Origin: Vicugna vicugna
Taxonomy: Eukaryota
NCBI GenBank assembly: GCA_013265495.1
Contig: MU058345.1
Span: 186,001-250,000 of the forward strand
Direction of reading: 5' to 3'
DNA: 64,000 nt
The position numbers and the translations under genes were made by a program. The notes beneath the pieces are model-generated. The model was not told the DNA's origin. It saw only the letters and a program-made list of their open reading frames with translations, and did not search any database. This document shows, in pieces, positions 59,476 to 64,000 of this stretch (its first letter is position 1; every line of letters starts with the position of its first letter).

Positions 59476-62428
59476 TGGCAAAGTAAACAAGCGCAAAAGC
59501 AGTGCAGGATAGTAATTAAACTTTGAGGCAGCATTTCAGAACATATTAGGGAAAAATCAAAGTCCTCTTAAAATGGTTTTTGTAAGGGATGCTTTTAAGG
59601 AGAACTTTGAGTAAACATAGAGCAAAGAATGTCTTTGCCTACTTTTTATCTGATTATAAGGGTCCTCACAAAATAAACTGAGATTAAAAGGGTATTAAAT
59701 GCAATTGGTAAAAGAAGAGGCACCTAACTGATGTGTAAACTATTATCCTTATTGTCTAGTGATTCCTGAAACAGGTGAGAACCATGAAGCAGTACGGCCA
59801 AGAAAACGTTTTCTGATTGCCCAAGAGTCTCATCAGCATCTCACAGAGGAGCTAGAAGCTGATATCTAACACACAACGTGTTCTGTGTGGGGCTCATCAC
59901 GTAGGTTCCATTTCAAACCTTCTTGATATCTTTACAAATTTCCAAATTAAAAACTGCTTGAGGTCTTCTCCTGGATGTACACAGTCTCTCTGCCTCAGTC
60001 CTGCATGAACTGCAGCCACATTTTGGAGCTCCAAGTGAGCAGGGCCATGTGAGCAGCACGAATACAGCTAAAATAGATTTAAGGAGGCACAGAGCCCCTG
60101 TAGTTTCTCTCCCAAGAGAATTATCATACTCTACATTTACAGTTGATTTACAAGTTTCTTTCTCTAGAGTGTGAGCTTTTACCTTCTGCTCTTTCTCATC
60201 TCAGTATTTAGCATGCCCCTTGGTATTTATTCAATACTGATTGAATGATTAAGAGAGAACTGAAATCTAAGAGAATTGATTTATATTCTAAGTTACTTGC
60301 GTCTTTGAGCTGCTTTCTTTGCTGTGAAGAATGACGATTATTTCTCAAATTCATTAATTTTCTTTGGAGCTTTTGTCTTTCCTGAACCTAAAGATTAATG
60401 GCTTTCATTAATTCTGGAAAATTCTCAGCCATTACTTACTTCTTCAAATGCTTCCTCTTCTCATTATGTGTTTTGTCTTCTAATGAAATTCTTATTAGGC
60501 TTCTTTTGGATTTCATTTTAGCTGTCATATCTCTTAACTTCTTTTTTCCATATCCAACAGCTCTGTAGCTCTGTATTGCACTATCGGAAATTCTTCAGAT
60601 CTCCCAGTTTAGATATATTTAAAAATTGCTATCTCTTTTGGTTGCTTAATCCATGCATTGAGTTTTTAATTACAGTATGTAGAATATTTATTTCTAGAGG
60701 CTTCATCTGCCTGGTAGTTTTGGTAATGTCTCTTTCTCTTCTGGTGTTACTTCTTTTTGTATCTCTAAGCTTTTAAGATATCGTTTCCTCTATGTGTGAT
60801 TTCTTGAGAGAGCTAAGCTATCGTTTGTTTGCCTGCCTCCTTCCATTCACGATGAATCATTTCTGTGTTCTCTATTTTGGATTGTGGCCTCATATTAGGA
60901 AAGACTTTATGTGTGGAATCCTTTGCAGCTTGGGTTGGAGGTGGTTCTCTTTGCTTTAAACTTCACCAAGTGTCACAGAGATATCACAAGCTTGGAATCA
61001 CCTTTTACTTTAACTTATTGGATTGTGTATTCCAGGATCACACAAGTAGAATATTTTTGCGCTCCAATCTCAGACTTGTGATTAATTGTGAGTAATTCTT
61101 AGAATGAGAAACAAACAAACAAACAAGCCAATATTCAGTGAATACACAGACAAGCGTGCTTCTTTCCCTGTACAATTAGGTGGATTTTTTTCGAGTCCAT
61201 TTTGTCACTGAGATGAGAGTATAACAAAAACCTTGGCTGCAAATTTCCCTTTGTTTGCCTGGTCTCGAGGCCTTATCTCTTGATCTAAGTGACCACAATA
61301 ACCAGACCCCTAGGAAACCCACACAACGTTGTGTGTGCCCAAGTGTCGGTTTCTGTCTGCCTCTCTGGCTTCCTGTTTCGGCTTTCTTTGGTACCCTAGG
61401 GGGTTTCCCTTATTTCATCATGAGTGCAGCTCTGTATTCAAAAAAGAGTTGAAAGGCATCTTAAATCTTGCATTTTTGGGTCTTTGTATTACATGTCTTT
61501 TCAAGTTATGCAGTGTGCCATCTAGCCAGAAATAGCATCCATAACTGTGTTTTATATATTTACACACGGAAATTCAAGCATTGCATGAGAAGACCATGCT
61601 TTAGGTTTGCAAGTGAGTCAGAAAGGAAGGACTGAGATTAGATAGAGTGGGTAGGGACCATGAGAAGATGGAGAGGAGGTCCCGGGGGCTGAGATAGAGG
61701 CTAAGTGGAGATGACTGGGAAGACATGGAGGAGTGAGAAAGAAGGAGGGAGAAGCAGGGTGGGGAAAGAGGAGAGCACATGGGGGGAAGGAGCCGCAGGA
61801 CAGTGAGACACAAGAATGCTGGAGCCAAAAGTCATATTGGAAAATATTCAGTTCTTCAACCCAGCCGTTTTCCAGATAAGGAAACTGAAGCCAGAATGCT
61901 GATGTGATTTCTCCAATTCATTGTATCCATCTGGGGGTTCATCTTAACTCTCAGTCAGGAGCTCTTTTTAGTGGAAAAGATTTGCTGGGAGTGAGAGAAG
62001 CACACAAACTAGATGCAGGAATTGCTGCTGGAGGCCTGAAAGGTGAGAGACACGCTCGACACAGAGTGGTAGGGAAAATGAGGTCCGTACAAGGCAGACG
62101 GTAGAAGAGAGTGGATTTCTCCAGCAGGGGAGATGAGGTTTCTGTGGGTGGGGAAGGAGGATGTCTGGTGAGTGTGTGAGACCCTGTGGGGAGGGGAGCT
62201 CACATCTGGGTCCTGAGAAGGGCTTTCCAGGGGAGGGCGGAATTCAAGAGCTGTGAGGGTGTTTGGAGGAGCATCAAGTAAGAGCTGTGAGAGAGAACAA
62301 GAGCATGCTGGTGGCCTGAGCACCAGTGAATGGAGAAGAAGGACCCCAGGGAGGTCTGGCGACACAGGGAGGAAAGCTGGACTCCAGGGAATAGCTGAGA
62401 TGGCCTGCCTGCCTGAGTTCTAATCAGG

Positions 62429-62800
62429 GTGTGTCCCACCCATCCCAGTCTTCTTCTCTGGGGTTTTCTGGTCCAGGGAGCACACATCAGCAGTGACCTG
62501 TGTAGCCATCTCCGTCTCTCTCAATTCCTTAATTTTCTCCCCCATCCCCCCGCCCCCATTTTATCTCTCAGTGTTAGCCTCCAGTTCTGCCCTTTCTCAG
62601 TGCCCCGAGTTCTCAGTGTCCCTCAGCCAGCTCCTGGGAAGCCCCTCTCCTTTCTCCTCTGACCCTCATCCACCACAGCTGAGTGCACAGTCAGGAGTGG
62701 AGCTGGCTGGGAAAGCTGCAGGTCCGCAGTGGGACCACAACCCGAGTATCAGCTGCTTCCTCCTTCCCGATGGGGAGCAATTCTGCCCACAGGCGCTGTG
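62429..62800 (+). pseudogene. Degenerate CD1-family pseudogene remnant (leader-like exon plus 5' part of alpha1 exon)
   Basis: After ccag| (62630) the sequence reads PGKPLSF, then HS*VHSQEWSWLGKLQVRS, then after a frameshift WDHNPSISCFLLP. This is colinear with the CD1 alpha1 pattern (PLSF..NHSW..SGWLG-LQ...WD....I-FL-PW). Upstream LLLWGFLVQG is leader-like with a phase-1 GT at 62493. Contains stops and indels. Confidence 0.7.
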
Positions 62801-63299
62801 CTCACGAGGCTTGTGGCTCTGCTCTACTTCTCTTTCCAATCTCTTCCTCCTCCCCTCCCGCCTCTGCCTCCCTCCTCTTCCTCTTCCTCTCCCCCTCCTC
62901 CTCCTCCTCCTCTTTGCCTCCCCTCTGCTCCCTCCTCCGTCTGTTATGTCCCTTGGTGTCTCTGACCAGCTCCCAACCCATTGGTCCCAGACCTACATTC
63001 CTCATTTAACTCTCTCCTCTCTCCACTACTCAAACTCAAGCTGCCTCCTCCTCGCTTTTCCCAGTCCACACTGAAGGGCATAAGCCCTGGTGATTACATA
63101 ATTTTAGGGGACCCAGTGCAAAATATAAATGTTGGGCCTCATACTTACGAAGGAAGAAAAAGTGCTTTTAATGATTCTAAAATACAAACCTAAAATAGAA
63201 ACCTTTCTTTTTTTTTCTTTTTCTTTTTTGAGTTTAGCCTCTCTCTCTTTCTCTCTCTCCCTCTCTCTTCTCAATCCATCTGGTGGAATTTTCTGGTTT

Positions 63300-63370
63300 A
63301 TTTGTTTTTTTTTTAATTGAAGTATAGTCAGTTACAATGTGTCAATTTTTGGTGTACAGCACAATGTCTT
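63300..63370 (-). mobile_element. Short artiodactyl L1 3' end fragment
   Basis: ttttttaattgaagtatagtcagttacaatgtgtcaatttttggtgtacagc. Confidence 0.7.
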
Positions 63371-64000
63371 AGAGATGTTTATTTGTTTTAATTTGCTAAT
63401 GTCACTCTCTTGGGCAAAGGGACTCATAGGGCAAGTGTTGACCCTCTTAGGCACCTGGTGGCTCCTCTCCCTTTGTTTTTTTTGTGTATGTGTTTAATAA
63501 TTTTTGGTCACTTCCTCCATTGCCTGCTACCTGCTCGGGAGAAGGAGTAGGGGCATTATCTGTATTCTGGGTCAGTCTCGTTCTTAGGCGGATGCATTGG
63601 CTTTGAGTTTTGGTATTTGGACCATCTAAGTGTTCCTTAATAGTTGAGGTGCAGCCTCTAATAGTTGAGGAGACGCTGTTTTAGGGTCCCTTCCCCACCT
63701 TTCTTCTTCCTCCAGCTGCTGTGTGTCTTCACCTGTGTTCTGAAGGCAATAAATAGAGCTTTTAACCCTTGCACCCCTCCCCACCCTGTCCCTCTCCAGG
63801 TTAAGTCTTCCCCATGTAGGAGATGGGGAGAAAGATCTGGTAGGTGCCTCCTGCCTGTCTCATGCAGTAGCTGCTTTCAAACCTCCTGCTTGTGCCGTGA
63901 GAATTTCTCTGTCTTGTACAGGAGCCCCTGGTGAGGTCCATGGGAAAAAAACCTAGAGATACAAGTGAGTTTCTCGTGTCTGTGACTCTCAGGGGTTCTA

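Noticed and set aside
62493..63074. 193-aa hydrophobic ORF
   Set aside because: Mostly a translated pyrimidine-rich tract (Leu/Pro/Ser). Only the short WDHN..FLLP segment reflects the CD1 remnant.

Overview
Mammalian (eutherian) genomic DNA, most likely a camelid. About ten copies of a tRNA-derived SINE resembling camelid Vic-1 and artiodactyl-type L1 3' ends are present, and I saw no Alu, BovA/BovB or PRE1. The main gene is an intact six-coding-exon CD1D on the + strand (41116-44284; exons of 61/267/279/279/100/22 bp, all GT-AG, 335 aa). A 70-aa single-TM microprotein ORF matching SMIM42 lies on the - strand (10896-11108). A decayed CD1-like pseudogene remnant (leader plus alpha1 exon) lies near 62.4-62.8 kb. 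There are several CpG-rich regulatory islands, including an apparently gene-less NRF1/ETS promoter at about 17.9-18.3 kb. The rest is mostly interspersed repeats (SINE, L1, MLT/ERV LTRs, MER DNA transposons, probable CR1). The gene order fits the interval at the start of the CD1 cluster. I see no prokaryote-type system (CRISPR, operons, rRNA) and no clearly new biological system. The best leads are the CD1 remnant, the orphan promoter and lineage-specific features of this CD1d. Repeat family names and human/mouse comparisons come from recall, not from a search, and repeat boundaries are approximate unless a TSD is given.
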